A DNA stretch of 62,544 nt, the filler included, from Candidatus Zapsychrus exili (lineage in GTDB: Bacteria; Omnitrophota; Gorgyraeia; Zapsychrales; Zapsychraceae): the NCBI GenBank assembly GCA_030765585.1. It is 5 parts of 5 records of this genome, joined end to end, with 100 filler letters (N's around TTAATTAATTAA, not from the genome) between each part and the next. Parts side by side here need not be neighbours in the genome. Positions count along the whole stretch, not along the records: positions 1 to 28,441 come from JAVCCJ010000021.1; 4 more parts are not named here. The stretch is one strand, 5' to 3'. Below the pieces are notes generated by a model that did no database searches, was not told where the DNA came from, and worked only from the letters and a program-made list of their open reading frames with translations. Every line of letters begins with the position of its first letter. The first letter of the stretch is position 1. Below, piece by piece: positions 1-8,961 of the stretch. A program made the translations under genes and the position numbers.

Positions 1-11
1 ATGTCGTCCAT
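1..11 (-). CDS. 5' end of a gene running out of the window (M-D-D...)
   Basis: Minus-strand ATG at 11 preceded by AGGAG (complement of ctcct at 18-22). Only three codons are visible. Confidence 0.35.
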
Positions 12-182
12 AGTTGTCTCCTGAAATCTACATTAATATTTATTGTTAATAAGAGATATTTTATAGTAAACATATTGGTATTTATAGTTTTTTTCCTTTT
101 TTTTATTTTGATTGTGCAAGTTGTTTGTTTGCAATAGCTTAAAAGTTTGTCAAAGTTGTTTTTATGTGTTATATTTAAATTA

Positions 183-339
183 GCCGATAAAGGTAAACTC
201 GAGGAAACTCGGGGACACAAAACCAACAGGCCTACATTGTCTAAAACCGGGAAGGCTCGAAGAAGCAGATTGGGCAAATCATCCGATATGAGGAAGAGGG
301 TTGAGGGGCGATACGGTGGCTGGGTTGCCAAAGTGCGGT
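183..339 (+). promoter_or_regulatory. c-di-GMP-I (GEMM-I) riboswitch aptamer with an enlarged P3
   Basis: GGTAAA-CTCGAG-GAAA-CTCGGG-GACACAAA (192-221) is the P2 GNRA hairpin core, with G193-C218 and U194-A217 covarying relative to the GGCAAA/GACGCAAA consensus. The receptor-like GCCTAC...TACGGT and the closing GGCTGGGTTGCC (318-329) are also present. Confidence 0.88.
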
Positions 340-375
340 GAGGGAGACATCCTCATCTTTATCGGCTCTTTTTTT

Positions 376-398
376 ATCCTCGAAATGAGGATTTTTTT
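376..398 (+). terminator. Putative intrinsic terminator in the riboswitch expression platform
   Basis: ATCCTC-GAAAT-GAGGAT followed by a T run. Confidence 0.5.
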
Positions 399-428
399 AT
401 GTCTTACCGCTGTAGCTAAACATAATTC

Positions 429-457
429 TTGACAATATATTTTAAAGTTAGTATACT
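429..457 (+). promoter_or_regulatory. Sigma70-type promoter
   Basis: TTGACA (429-434), 17-nt spacer, TATACT (452-457). Confidence 0.7.
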
Positions 458-683
458 CACCTTTACTTTATTAAAATACATATTAATATTTATACTTATC
501 TAATATGACTTCTTATAAAAACTTTTCTTTTACCACGCCATTTTCTTTAAAAACATTAAATATTTATATAAAATTGTATGTGGAGCAGTATTGGCATAAA
601 ATGCTCATATATATGGATAATATCCCACAGAAAATATATTTATGCAATATTAGCGGGTCAATATACCGGGGAGATACTGTAAT

Positions 684-1358
684 ATGAAAATAAAAAGTAA
701 ACATTTTCTATTCATTGTACCAATAGTGATGTTTTTTGTGTTAATTTTAGTAAATAATACAATTTTTGCAGATGATATAGGCAATGTTGACGAGGATATT
801 CATACACTAAGGAATCAGCTAATAAAAAAAGAGGAAACTTTAAGAAATGCAGAAGGCACTATTAAAGTTTTAGAAGGGCATGTTCAGAGTTTAAGAAATC
901 AAATATCTTCAATGGATAAAAAAGACGAAGATGATGTTGAGATCTTTAAACAAGTAGAAGGTAAACTTTCTGGTAAACAAAAAACACTTATAGGTCATAA
1001 TAGAACTTTAAAGCAAAAAAGAGACGAGTTGATGAAGACAGTAGAAGGCCTTAAGAAGCAGATTTTTGTCAAAGAAAAGCAATTAAAGAAAGTTATAGCA
1101 TCTAAGAAGGGTGAAATAGAAAAAGCTAAAAAAAGTTTTGCGAGCAAAAGACAGTCTGTAGTAAAAGATAACATTTTAAAAGAAAGAGAAATAGCGAGTT
1201 TTTTAAAACAGCTGGATATCGCATCAAAAGAAAAAGATAGACTTGCAAGAAGATTGGGCAATGTAGAGGAAGAATTGGCTCAGAGAAAAGATCTTTTAAT
1301 GAAGAAAAATGATCTTAAAATTATTAGTGAGTCTGCACAAACAGGTAGACGCAAATAA
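684..1358 (+). CDS. N-terminal half of a signal/TM-anchored coiled-coil protein; probably one frameshifted gene with 1309..2538
   Basis: Hydrophobic N-terminus, GGGAG RBS and a heptad Lys/Glu-rich sequence. The coiled coil continues in the +1 frame near 1332. Confidence 0.7.
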   Translation: MKIKSKHFLFIVPIVMFFVLILVNNTIFADDIGNVDEDIHTLRNQLIKKEETLRNAEGTIKVLEGHVQSLRNQISSMDKKDEDDVEIFKQVEGKLSGKQKTLIGHNRTLKQKRDELMKTVEGLKKQIFVKEKQLKKVIASKKGEIEKAKKSFASKRQSVVKDNILKEREIASFLKQLDIASKEKDRLARRLGNVEEELAQRKDLLMKKNDLKIISESAQTGRRK

Positions 1359-2538
1359 AAAGATAGTAGTCGGTAAAGATAAAGTAATAGCAAAATTAGA
1401 AGAAGACCTTTTAAGCGTTCGAAATAAGATTGATGAAGTAGAGCAAGATGTTAGTAAAAAAATAGAAGATTATAATATCCATATAGATAGTCTAAATGAG
1501 CAGATTAAGAGTAATTTAAATGATATAAAAAGAATAGGAACTGAACTGTCTTCGGCTAATAAGAAACTTAAAGAAAAGAAAGAGTCTGAAGAGAAGCTTA
1601 AGGAAAAAACAGTTTTATTAAGAGATGCCGCAAAAGAACTTAAAGGGGTCAAAAAGCAACTAGGGTTTCTAGGCAAGGAAAAGGCAAGTTATGATAAGGA
1701 GACGAAAGGGCTTAAGGCGCAAATCCTTAACTTAAAAGCAGAGATAGCCATAAAAGAAAAGTCGCTAGACGAGGAATCGCAAGAGAAAAATATGCTTAGT
1801 ATGGAGATAGCTGGGATGGAAGAATATATTGTGCTTATGAATAAGAATATAGCGGCAAAGGATAAAGAGATAGATGCTTTGAGAAGTCAACTTGATCTCG
1901 TTGACGATAGTTCTGATGCTCAAAAACAAAAATTGCAGACTTTAAAAGGAAAAACAGAAAAACTTATTGTTAAGCAAGAGAAACTTGAGTCCGACGTCGT
2001 GTCTTATATGGATGAATTAAAAAATGCGCGCGATAGGTTAAGTAGTGAATTTGATAAAGAAATAAAAGATTACAAGGTAAAACTTGATATTTCAAAAGAC
2101 AGGCTTGTAGTAACAGTTTTAGGTGATATTCTGTTTAGCCCTGGAAGTAACAAGATAAAAGATGATAGCAAATCTATATTAGATAGAATTGCAAGTGTGT
2201 TAAAAGGTGGAATAAGCGAACACCAGGTTATTATAGAAGGACACACCGACGATCAGCCAATTAAATTTTCTGGTTGGAAATCTAATTGGGAGCTTTCAAC
2301 TGCAAGGGCGTTATCTGTGGTAGATTATTTTATAAATCAGGGAGCAGTAGGCCCTAATAGACTTTCTGTTAGTGGTAAGGGAGAATTTGCCCCAGTGTCT
2401 GACAATGGGTCTGACGAAAGTCGTGCTAAAAATAGAAGAGTTGAAATAGTAATACTTCCAACAAAAATTCTTAAGATTCAAAAAGAAGAAGTGGTTGATA
2501 GTAATTTGGAACTTCAAATTAGACCATTGATAGAATAA
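1309..2538 (+). CDS. Coiled-coil plus C-terminal OmpA/MotB peptidoglycan-binding domain (C-terminal half of the frameshifted gene)
   Basis: IEGHTDDQPI, SNWELSTARALSV and RAKNRRVEI are MotB/OmpA-like motifs. Confidence 0.85.
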   Translation: MILKLLVSLHKQVDANKKIVVGKDKVIAKLEEDLLSVRNKIDEVEQDVSKKIEDYNIHIDSLNEQIKSNLNDIKRIGTELSSANKKLKEKKESEEKLKEKTVLLRDAAKELKGVKKQLGFLGKEKASYDKETKGLKAQILNLKAEIAIKEKSLDEESQEKNMLSMEIAGMEEYIVLMNKNIAAKDKEIDALRSQLDLVDDSSDAQKQKLQTLKGKTEKLIVKQEKLESDVVSYMDELKNARDRLSSEFDKEIKDYKVKLDISKDRLVVTVLGDILFSPGSNKIKDDSKSILDRIASVLKGGISEHQVIIEGHTDDQPIKFSGWKSNWELSTARALSVVDYFINQGAVGPNRLSVSGKGEFAPVSDNGSDESRAKNRRVEIVILPTKILKIQKEEVVDSNLELQIRPLIE

Positions 2539-2544
2539 ATAATT

Positions 2545-2847
2545 ATGAGCAAAAATCTGATAAGAGTATATAAAAAGAAAGATGCAAACGAAATAAAACC
2601 TCATTTAATGACGTATGGAGATTTGTCAGCATCTTGTGCTAATTGTAATCACATTGGCTTTAAGCTAGACGACAAAGCTTGTCCACAGTGCAAGGCAGAA
2701 TTTAAATATATTGCATTTCGTAATATAAGAACACATGTTCCTAAGGTTCATAAATTAATAGAAGAGAGAAGTGATTTAGAAATTATTGATTTTGAAGATT
2801 ATAAGAGAGCTTTAGGGGACTCTAAAGCTAAGGATTTTTTTGGATGA
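2545..2847 (+). CDS. Small zinc-ribbon hypothetical protein
   Basis: CANC...CPQC pair; tight operon spacing. Confidence 0.7.
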   Translation: MSKNLIRVYKKKDANEIKPHLMTYGDLSASCANCNHIGFKLDDKACPQCKAEFKYIAFRNIRTHVPKVHKLIEERSDLEIIDFEDYKRALGDSKAKDFFG

Positions 2848-3986
2848 TTGATAAGAAAAGATTAATTGCTACAACGCAAAAAGTTATATCTATAAATTCA
2901 GAAAATCCTCCTGGTAATGAACTGGTTTTATCTAAGTTTATAGAAAAAGATTTAAAATCTGCAGGATTAGAAGTTAAAACTTACACATATGCAAAAAATC
3001 GCCCTAATGTTGTCGCAATATTAAAAGGGAGTCTTCCTCGCAAGAAAGCTAAAGAAGAAGCTATATTAATTACACCTCATATTGATACTGTGCCTGTTGG
3101 TTCGGGTTGGAAGTTTGATCCGTTTGGAAGTCAAATTGTAGGAGGCAAACTTTATGGCAGAGGGGCAACTGATGATAAGGGAAACCTTGCAAGTTGTATG
3201 GAGGTTATGCGAAGTCTTGTTGAGGATAAAGTTAAATTAAGAAAAGATGTTATTATGGCTGCAACGGTTGATGAGGAGACAGGAAGTAAGTACGGAATTG
3301 TTTCCCTTTTAGAAAAAAGAGTTTTAAAAGCTAAGTTCGCCTTAGTTATGGACTCTGATGAATTTGATACAATTGTTGTGCAAAAAGGTTTGATGCATCT
3401 TCGCGTTCAAATTTTTGGAAAGAAAGCGCATGGTGCTTATAATTGGCTAGGAATAAATGCAGTTGAGATAGCAGCAAAGGTTATTGTTGCAATAAGTAAG
3501 TTGAAGTTTAAATATAAAAAACATTCAGTATTGAAACCTCCTACAATAAATATTGGCGTTATCAAAGGCGGGGAAAAAGTAAATATGGTTGCTGACTTTT
3601 GTGAGTTTACAATTGATTTAAGATTTTTGCCATTTATGGATCATAAGAATATCTTGAAAATAATAAAAGATACAATAAAAAAAGAAACAAATAGATTTAA
3701 AATATTAGTTGATGACATTCAATTTCCATACGAGATTGATAAGGAAAATAAATATGTTAGAGCCTATATTGATACGGCGAAGAAAATGGGATGTTCGGCA
3801 AGGTGTAAGGGAAGTGAGGGCGCAACTGTTATATCGTTGTTTAAGAAATACAATATTCCAGCTTTTGCAACAGGTTTTGGTGCGCACTCAACAGCGCATG
3901 CGACAGATGAATATATACATGTAAAGTCTTTATGCAAGGGAACAAAGGTACTAGAGCGATTTATAAGGGAGTATGATTTAATATGA
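2844..3986 (+). CDS. M20 family metallopeptidase (ArgE/DapE-like)
   Basis: HIDTVP, GRGATDDKG, DEETG and C-terminal AHATDE. Confidence 0.92.
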   Translation: MIDKKRLIATTQKVISINSENPPGNELVLSKFIEKDLKSAGLEVKTYTYAKNRPNVVAILKGSLPRKKAKEEAILITPHIDTVPVGSGWKFDPFGSQIVGGKLYGRGATDDKGNLASCMEVMRSLVEDKVKLRKDVIMAATVDEETGSKYGIVSLLEKRVLKAKFALVMDSDEFDTIVVQKGLMHLRVQIFGKKAHGAYNWLGINAVEIAAKVIVAISKLKFKYKKHSVLKPPTINIGVIKGGEKVNMVADFCEFTIDLRFLPFMDHKNILKIIKDTIKKETNRFKILVDDIQFPYEIDKENKYVRAYIDTAKKMGCSARCKGSEGATVISLFKKYNIPAFATGFGAHSTAHATDEYIHVKSLCKGTKVLERFIREYDLI

Positions 3987-4417
3987 AGCCGTCTCACCAT
4001 GCAGTTATATCAGCGTCAGCAGGTATCGGTTTAGCTCTTGTTTTAAAATCGTGGCTTGTAGGTATTGCATGCTTTATTGGCGGCGTTGCAATTGATGTGG
4101 ATCATTTTATTGATTATTATATAATGGAAAAAAGATTACCTCAAGGTATAAGTACATTCTTCGATTATTATAAAAAATATAAACAGCCAAAAATGTATAT
4201 TATTTTTCATTCCTATGAGATTTTGGTGCTATTCTATGTTGTTGGGCTTTATTTTTTGTCTGGAAACTTATGGATAGGATTTTTTGTAGGAATGGCGCTA
4301 CATATATTTTGTGACCAGATGTATAATCCGGTTAAATCTTTTAATTATTTTCTTGTTTATAGGATAAGACATGACTTTAAAAAAGAAAAACTACTTAAAG
4401 AAGAATTGTTTAAATAA
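3983..4417 (+). CDS. Membrane-bound putative metal-dependent hydrolase (YdjM-like)
   Basis: N-terminal HH, IDVDH, FHSYE and HxxxD in a hydrophobic protein. Confidence 0.65.
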   Translation: MKPSHHAVISASAGIGLALVLKSWLVGIACFIGGVAIDVDHFIDYYIMEKRLPQGISTFFDYYKKYKQPKMYIIFHSYEILVLFYVVGLYFLSGNLWIGFFVGMALHIFCDQMYNPVKSFNYFLVYRIRHDFKKEKLLKEELFK

Positions 4418-5099
4418 AAATATAATTTTTATTTGTATGTTATTAGGTTGTATGTTTATTTTAAGCCCATCTTATGCAAGTGTTTCTGGCGAGATAATAA
4501 CGTACAATATAAAGAAACTAGGTTTAAAGGCAGGTGAAACTACTATTGTTTATGGTGGTCCTACAAAATTAGATGGTAAGGACACCATTCTTATTACTGT
4601 CACAGCAGATGGTTTTAATTTCTTTGATGAGGAAAAGATATACTTAGATCCAGTAAGTTTTTATCCTGTTGTCGTAAAACGGAATTTAAATATTTTTGGG
4701 AATAAAGAAAAGATAAATGAATATTACGACCAGCAAAAGAGTGAGGTTAGGATAGTAAATATAACTAAAAAAGAAGAGTTGGTTATAAAAAAGAGTGGCA
4801 AGATAGATAATATATATGGGTTTATTTATAGATATAGAAATAAAGGCGAGTTTGAGATTGGAAAGAAAATTGATATGCAGCTTCCAACGCAGGATGTATC
4901 TTTATCTTTTAAAAAAAGAACAACAATAAAAGCAGCTGGTCTTAAATATGATGCTTTTTATATGCAAGGAAACCCTGGCAATATAAAGATATGGTTTGAT
5001 TTATCAGATGAAAAGATACCTGTTCGCATAGATGGCGCGATTGGATTTGGCAGTACAAAGATGATTATGAAAAGATACGAGAAAGCTTCGCAACCTTAA
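4371..5099 (+). CDS. Secreted DUF3108-like protein (start uncertain)
   Basis: Signal peptide ending SYA, GEIITYNI...GLKAGE start and IWF...KIPVRI end. Confidence 0.6.
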   Translation: MTLKKKNYLKKNCLNKNIIFICMLLGCMFILSPSYASVSGEIITYNIKKLGLKAGETTIVYGGPTKLDGKDTILITVTADGFNFFDEEKIYLDPVSFYPVVVKRNLNIFGNKEKINEYYDQQKSEVRIVNITKKEELVIKKSGKIDNIYGFIYRYRNKGEFEIGKKIDMQLPTQDVSLSFKKRTTIKAAGLKYDAFYMQGNPGNIKIWFDLSDEKIPVRIDGAIGFGSTKMIMKRYEKASQP

Positions 5100-5127
5100 A
5101 ATTGTTAGAAAAGCGAAGATTCCTTGG
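5080..5127 (+). repeat. Dispersed repeat, copy 1 (encodes KASQP-stop)
   Basis: agaaagcttcgcaaccttaaaatt..ttagaaaag..aagattccttgg, also found at 27044-27092. Confidence 0.85.
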
Positions 5128-5256
5128 AGCGAAGCAGGATTATTAAGGAGGGACCATGGGCTTGCCCATGGGGCTCCATTTATATATTTTTCTGTGCGAC
5201 AAGAAATAACTTCGCTTAAGTTTTTGACATAAAGCCTTTATTGTGTTTAAATAATT

Positions 5257-5299
5257 AGGTGCCAGGCTCCTAAAAGAAATTTGCAGGTGCCTGGCACCT
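5257..5299. repeat. GGTGCCAGGCACC-type palindromic repeat pair
   Basis: AGGTGCCAGGC ... GCCTGGCACCT, 11-bp perfect arms just upstream of trpB. Confidence 0.7.
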
Positions 5300-5312
5300 T
5301 TAGGATATAAAT

Positions 5313-6491
5313 ATGAAAATACCAAATAAAACAGGACATTTTGGAGAGTTCGGCGGACGCTTTGTTCCGGAGACTTTGATGTCTATGCTAGAAGATCTTG
5401 AAAAAGTATTTAATAGCTTAAAGACTGATAAAAAGTTTAAAAAGGAATTTAATTTCTATCTTCGCGAATACGCAGGTCGCCCAACCAATCTTTATTTAGC
5501 AGAGCGTTTAAGCAAGCATTTAAAGAGTTTAAAGGTTTATCTTAAAAGAGAAGACTTGCTACATACCGGTGCGCATAAAATAAACAATACTTTAGGTCAG
5601 ATACTCGTTGCAAAGAAAATGGGCAAGACTAGAATTATCGCAGAAACAGGAGCTGGTCAGCATGGAGTTGCAACAGCAACAGCAGCAGCTTTGATGGGTC
5701 TTGAGTGTGAAGTTTATATGGGAGCTGAAGATGTTAGGCGACAAGCGCTAAACGTGTATCGTATGAAATTGCTAGGCGCAAAGGTGACATCTGTCACAAG
5801 TGGTTCGAAAACACTTAAAGATGCTATGAACGAAACGATACGAGATTGGGTGACTAATGTAAACAATACTTTTTATATTATAGGTTCAGTTGCAGGACCA
5901 CATCCGTATCCTGTAATGGTTCGTGATTTTCAATCTTGTATAGGAAGAGAATCTAGAAGACAATTTTTAGCAAAAGAAGGCAAGCTTCCTAATTATTTAG
6001 TTGCCTGTGTTGGTGGCGGAAGTAATGCTATGGGATTGTTTCATGCATTCTTTAACGATAAGAAAGTTAAGATGATAGGTGTTGAAGCATCAGGTCTAGG
6101 ATTAAATACAGACAAGAATGCAGCCCCTCTTGCTCGTGGAAACGTAGGGGTTTTACATGGAAGCAAAAGTAAGCTATTACAAACTAAAGATGGTCAAGTT
6201 GTAATTGCTCATTCTATTGCAGCAGGATTAGATTATCCTGGAGTAGGACCTGAGCATTCTTATTATAAAAATATAGGAAGAGCAGAATATGTCTCAGCGA
6301 ATGATAAAGAAGCTATTAGCGGATTGAAATTATTGTCTGAAATAGAAGGTATAATTCCTGCCATGGAAACATCTCATGCTATTTCTTATTTAGAAAAGTT
6401 GGCTAAAAAAGTGAGCGGCAAGAAAACTGTAATTTTATGCTTGTCTGGACGTGGAGATAAAGACGTAGATGAAATTAAGGAAATAATATAA
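5313..6491 (+). CDS. trpB: Tryptophan synthase beta chain
   Basis: [40 protein letters not shown] and LSGRGDKD. Confidence 0.98.
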   Translation: MKIPNKTGHFGEFGGRFVPETLMSMLEDLEKVFNSLKTDKKFKKEFNFYLREYAGRPTNLYLAERLSKHLKSLKVYLKREDLLHTGAHKINNTLGQILVAKKMGKTRIIAETGAGQHGVATATAAALMGLECEVYMGAEDVRRQALNVYRMKLLGAKVTSVTSGSKTLKDAMNETIRDWVTNVNNTFYIIGSVAGPHPYPVMVRDFQSCIGRESRRQFLAKEGKLPNYLVACVGGGSNAMGLFHAFFNDKKVKMIGVEASGLGLNTDKNAAPLARGNVGVLHGSKSKLLQTKDGQVVIAHSIAAGLDYPGVGPEHSYYKNIGRAEYVSANDKEAISGLKLLSEIEGIIPAMETSHAISYLEKLAKKVSGKKTVILCLSGRGDKDVDEIKEII

Positions 6492-6545
6492 AAGCAGGTG
6501 TTATGGGGCATAGACCCTAGCAGCTAGAACCTAAACCCTAGAAAA

Positions 6546-7331
6546 ATGAGTCGAATAGATAGAAAATTTAAAAGTTTAAAAAAAGAGAACAAAAAGGCAT
6601 TCATTGCTTTTATTACAGCAGGCGATCCTGATATTAAAACAACAGAAGAATTAGTGGTTTCTTTTGAGAGGTCAGGCGTTGACATAATAGAGATTGGTGT
6701 TCCTTTTTCAGATCCTCTTGCAGATGGTCCAACAATACAGGCCTCATCGCAGCGCGCTTTAAAAAAAGGTATTAATTTAGATAAGATATTTGAAGTTGTT
6801 AAGCGTATAAGAAAAAAGACAGAGGTTCCTATTGCGCTTATGACTTACTATAATCCTGTTTTTTATTATGGTGAGGTAAAATTTATTGAGAAGGCCAAAG
6901 AAGCAGGGATAGACGGTATTATTGTGCCTGACTTACCTCCTGAAGAAGCAAAGGTATTGATAAAAGAGGCAAAGAAAAAAGATATATCAACTATTTTCTT
7001 TTTGTCTCCAACGACTAGTAAGAAAAGAATCAAGATAATAGTTGAATCATCTTCTGGTTTTATCTATTATGTTGCTCTAACTGGTGTAACAGGCGCACGC
7101 AGTGAGATCTCTTCGGATTTATTAGTTAAGATAAAAGAAGCGAAGAAGTATACAAGCAAGCCTATTTGTGTTGGCTTTGGCGTATCAAACAATTTTCAAG
7201 TTAAGAAAATATGTAAGGCAGCTGATGGCGTTATTGGTGGAAGCGCCATTATAAATGAAATTATAAAAAATAAAGCTAAGAAAAACTTGGTCAGAAATGT
7301 ATCTAGTTTTGTCCACAAGTTAGCTTCCTAA
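6546..7331 (+). CDS. trpA: Tryptophan synthase alpha chain
   Basis: TAGDP, EIGVPFSDPLADGPTIQ, GVTG and GFG; follows trpB. Confidence 0.98.
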   Translation: MSRIDRKFKSLKKENKKAFIAFITAGDPDIKTTEELVVSFERSGVDIIEIGVPFSDPLADGPTIQASSQRALKKGINLDKIFEVVKRIRKKTEVPIALMTYYNPVFYYGEVKFIEKAKEAGIDGIIVPDLPPEEAKVLIKEAKKKDISTIFFLSPTTSKKRIKIIVESSSGFIYYVALTGVTGARSEISSDLLVKIKEAKKYTSKPICVGFGVSNNFQVKKICKAADGVIGGSAIINEIIKNKAKKNLVRNVSSFVHKLAS

Positions 7332-7346
7332 TTCTAATCAACTAAA

Positions 7347-8618
7347 ATGTATAAAAAAGAAACCTTATCTAACGGCATAAGAGTTGTGACTAATAATATA
7401 AAACAAAGAGATAGCATTGCTCTAGGTTTTTGGATTGGTGCAGGCGGTCGCTATGAAGAAGATTCGCAAAAAGGAATTGCGCATTTTCTAGAACATATTG
7501 TGTTTAAAGGAAGTCAGAAGTATTCTTGTAGTCAGATAAAAGAACTTATTGAAGGCGTGGGAGGCACTCTTAATGCCTTTACATCAGAAGAGCAAACTTG
7601 CTTTTATGCAAAAATCCCCTCTAAACACATTGATAGTACTTTTGATGTTCTTTCAGACATGACGTTTTATCCAAGAATTAAGCCTACTGATATAGAAAAA
7701 GAGAAGGGTGTTATAGTTGAAGAAATAAAAATGTATCGTGACCTTCCGCAGTATTTTGTTATGGAACTTTTAGATGGGCTTCTTTGGCCTGATCATCCAC
7801 TGGGAAAGTTTTTAGCAGGCGATCCTAAAACAGTATTAAATTTAACGAAGAGTGATATAAATAAATTTCATAAGACTTATTATAATCCTAGCAATATTGT
7901 TGTTTCTGCATGCGGCTCTTTAGGTCACAAGAGAATAGCTGCTTTAACAAAAAAGAAGTTAGGTGTAATGAAGAACGCTAGAAAGAGCGAGTATTTAAAG
8001 GTAGGGGAAACGCAGGACAAACCTAGGTCTTTGTTCTTTAGGAAAGATATTGAACAAATGCATCTAGCGCTAGGTATTCCAGCTTTAGATGAAAACCATA
8101 AGGATAGAAATGTTTTAAATATGCTTAGTACGATCTTAGGCGGAAATATGTCTAGCAGGCTTTTTGTTGAGGTAAGAGAGAACAAGGGATTAGCATATTC
8201 CATTTCATCATCTTTTAAGGCTCTTCATGATACAGGGATGTTTATGGTTCGCGCTGGTATTGAGGTTGGGCGCACAGAAGAAGCTGTTGGGGTAATACTG
8301 AAGGAGCTAGACAAGATTACACGCCTTGGGGTTAATGCTTCAGAATTTAGAAGAGCTAAAGATTATCTGTTGGGACAGCTTTTACTTGGGCTTGAAGATA
8401 CTATGGATAACATGCTTTGGCTAGGAGAGTCAGTTATTGCGAGAGATAAGATAAAAACTATAAAGATGTTGATTTCTGAGTTCGATAAGATCAAAATAGG
8501 TGATATAAAGCGCGTCGCTAAGAATATATTGGATAAGAATAAATATAATTTAGCAATTGTTGGACCTGTTACTGAAAAGCAAGAAAAGTCTTTAAACAAA
8601 CTACTTTCAATAAAATAG
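7347..8618 (+). CDS. M16 (pitrilysin) family zinc peptidase
   Basis: Inverted zincin motif HFLEH, LNAFTS and SSRLFVEVRENKGLAY. Confidence 0.95.
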   Translation: MYKKETLSNGIRVVTNNIKQRDSIALGFWIGAGGRYEEDSQKGIAHFLEHIVFKGSQKYSCSQIKELIEGVGGTLNAFTSEEQTCFYAKIPSKHIDSTFDVLSDMTFYPRIKPTDIEKEKGVIVEEIKMYRDLPQYFVMELLDGLLWPDHPLGKFLAGDPKTVLNLTKSDINKFHKTYYNPSNIVVSACGSLGHKRIAALTKKKLGVMKNARKSEYLKVGETQDKPRSLFFRKDIEQMHLALGIPALDENHKDRNVLNMLSTILGGNMSSRLFVEVRENKGLAYSISSSFKALHDTGMFMVRAGIEVGRTEEAVGVILKELDKITRLGVNASEFRRAKDYLLGQLLLGLEDTMDNMLWLGESVIARDKIKTIKMLISEFDKIKIGDIKRVAKNILDKNKYNLAIVGPVTEKQEKSLNKLLSIK

Positions 8619-8655
8619 TATATTAAAAAAGACAAAAAGTAAGCGTGTTTTACAA

Positions 8656-8684
8656 TTGACAAGACGAAGATTATGAGATAGACT
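8656..8684 (+). promoter_or_regulatory. Sigma70-type promoter of the 56-aa ORF
   Basis: TTGACA (8656-8661), 17-nt spacer, TAGACT (8679-8684). Confidence 0.65.
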
Positions 8685-8728
8685 CATAACAATATTTAAA
8701 ACAACATTGATTAAAATAGGAGGTAACG

Positions 8729-8899
8729 ATGGAAGAATTGTCATTTTACGATGTAAAGACTAAAGCAAAATTCACCGCAACTGAATATGATGTAAGAGAA
8801 AAAAGTGGAAGATTTTTCGCTGTTACTAAATCACAAGCTGGAACTCACGAATGTTGGAGAGTTTTAGGCAAAGAACAAGCTGCAAAATTAAAACAATAA
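8729..8899 (+). CDS. 56-aa small basic protein, putative Cc1-like chromatin/nucleoid protein (absent from the ORF track)
   Basis: AGGAGGT RBS at 8718-8724. Translation: MEELSFYDVKTKAKFTATEYDVREKSGRFFAVTKSQAGTHECWRVLGKEQAAKLKQ. The coding call is firm; the family call is from recalled similarity. Confidence 0.8.
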   Translation: MEELSFYDVKTKAKFTATEYDVREKSGRFFAVTKSQAGTHECWRVLGKEQAAKLKQ

Positions 8900-8961
8900 T
8901 AGATTTAGGCCTTTCATAAATAGCCTTTGCGTTTCTTTTATTTGGAAAGGATGTTTCAAGT

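Noticed and set aside
147..341. 64-aa ORF
   Set aside because: It overlaps the riboswitch, has a TTG start with no RBS and shows no protein motif.
505..687. 60-aa ORF
   Set aside because: AT-rich leader sequence with no RBS or recognisable features.
1309..2538. Flagellar stator motB
   Set aside because: No motA neighbour and no MotB TM Asp motif; only the peptidoglycan-binding domain is shared.
5130..5310. T-box or trp attenuator upstream of trpB
   Set aside because: No T-box motif or Trp-rich leader peptide; the hairpins belong to dispersed repeat families.
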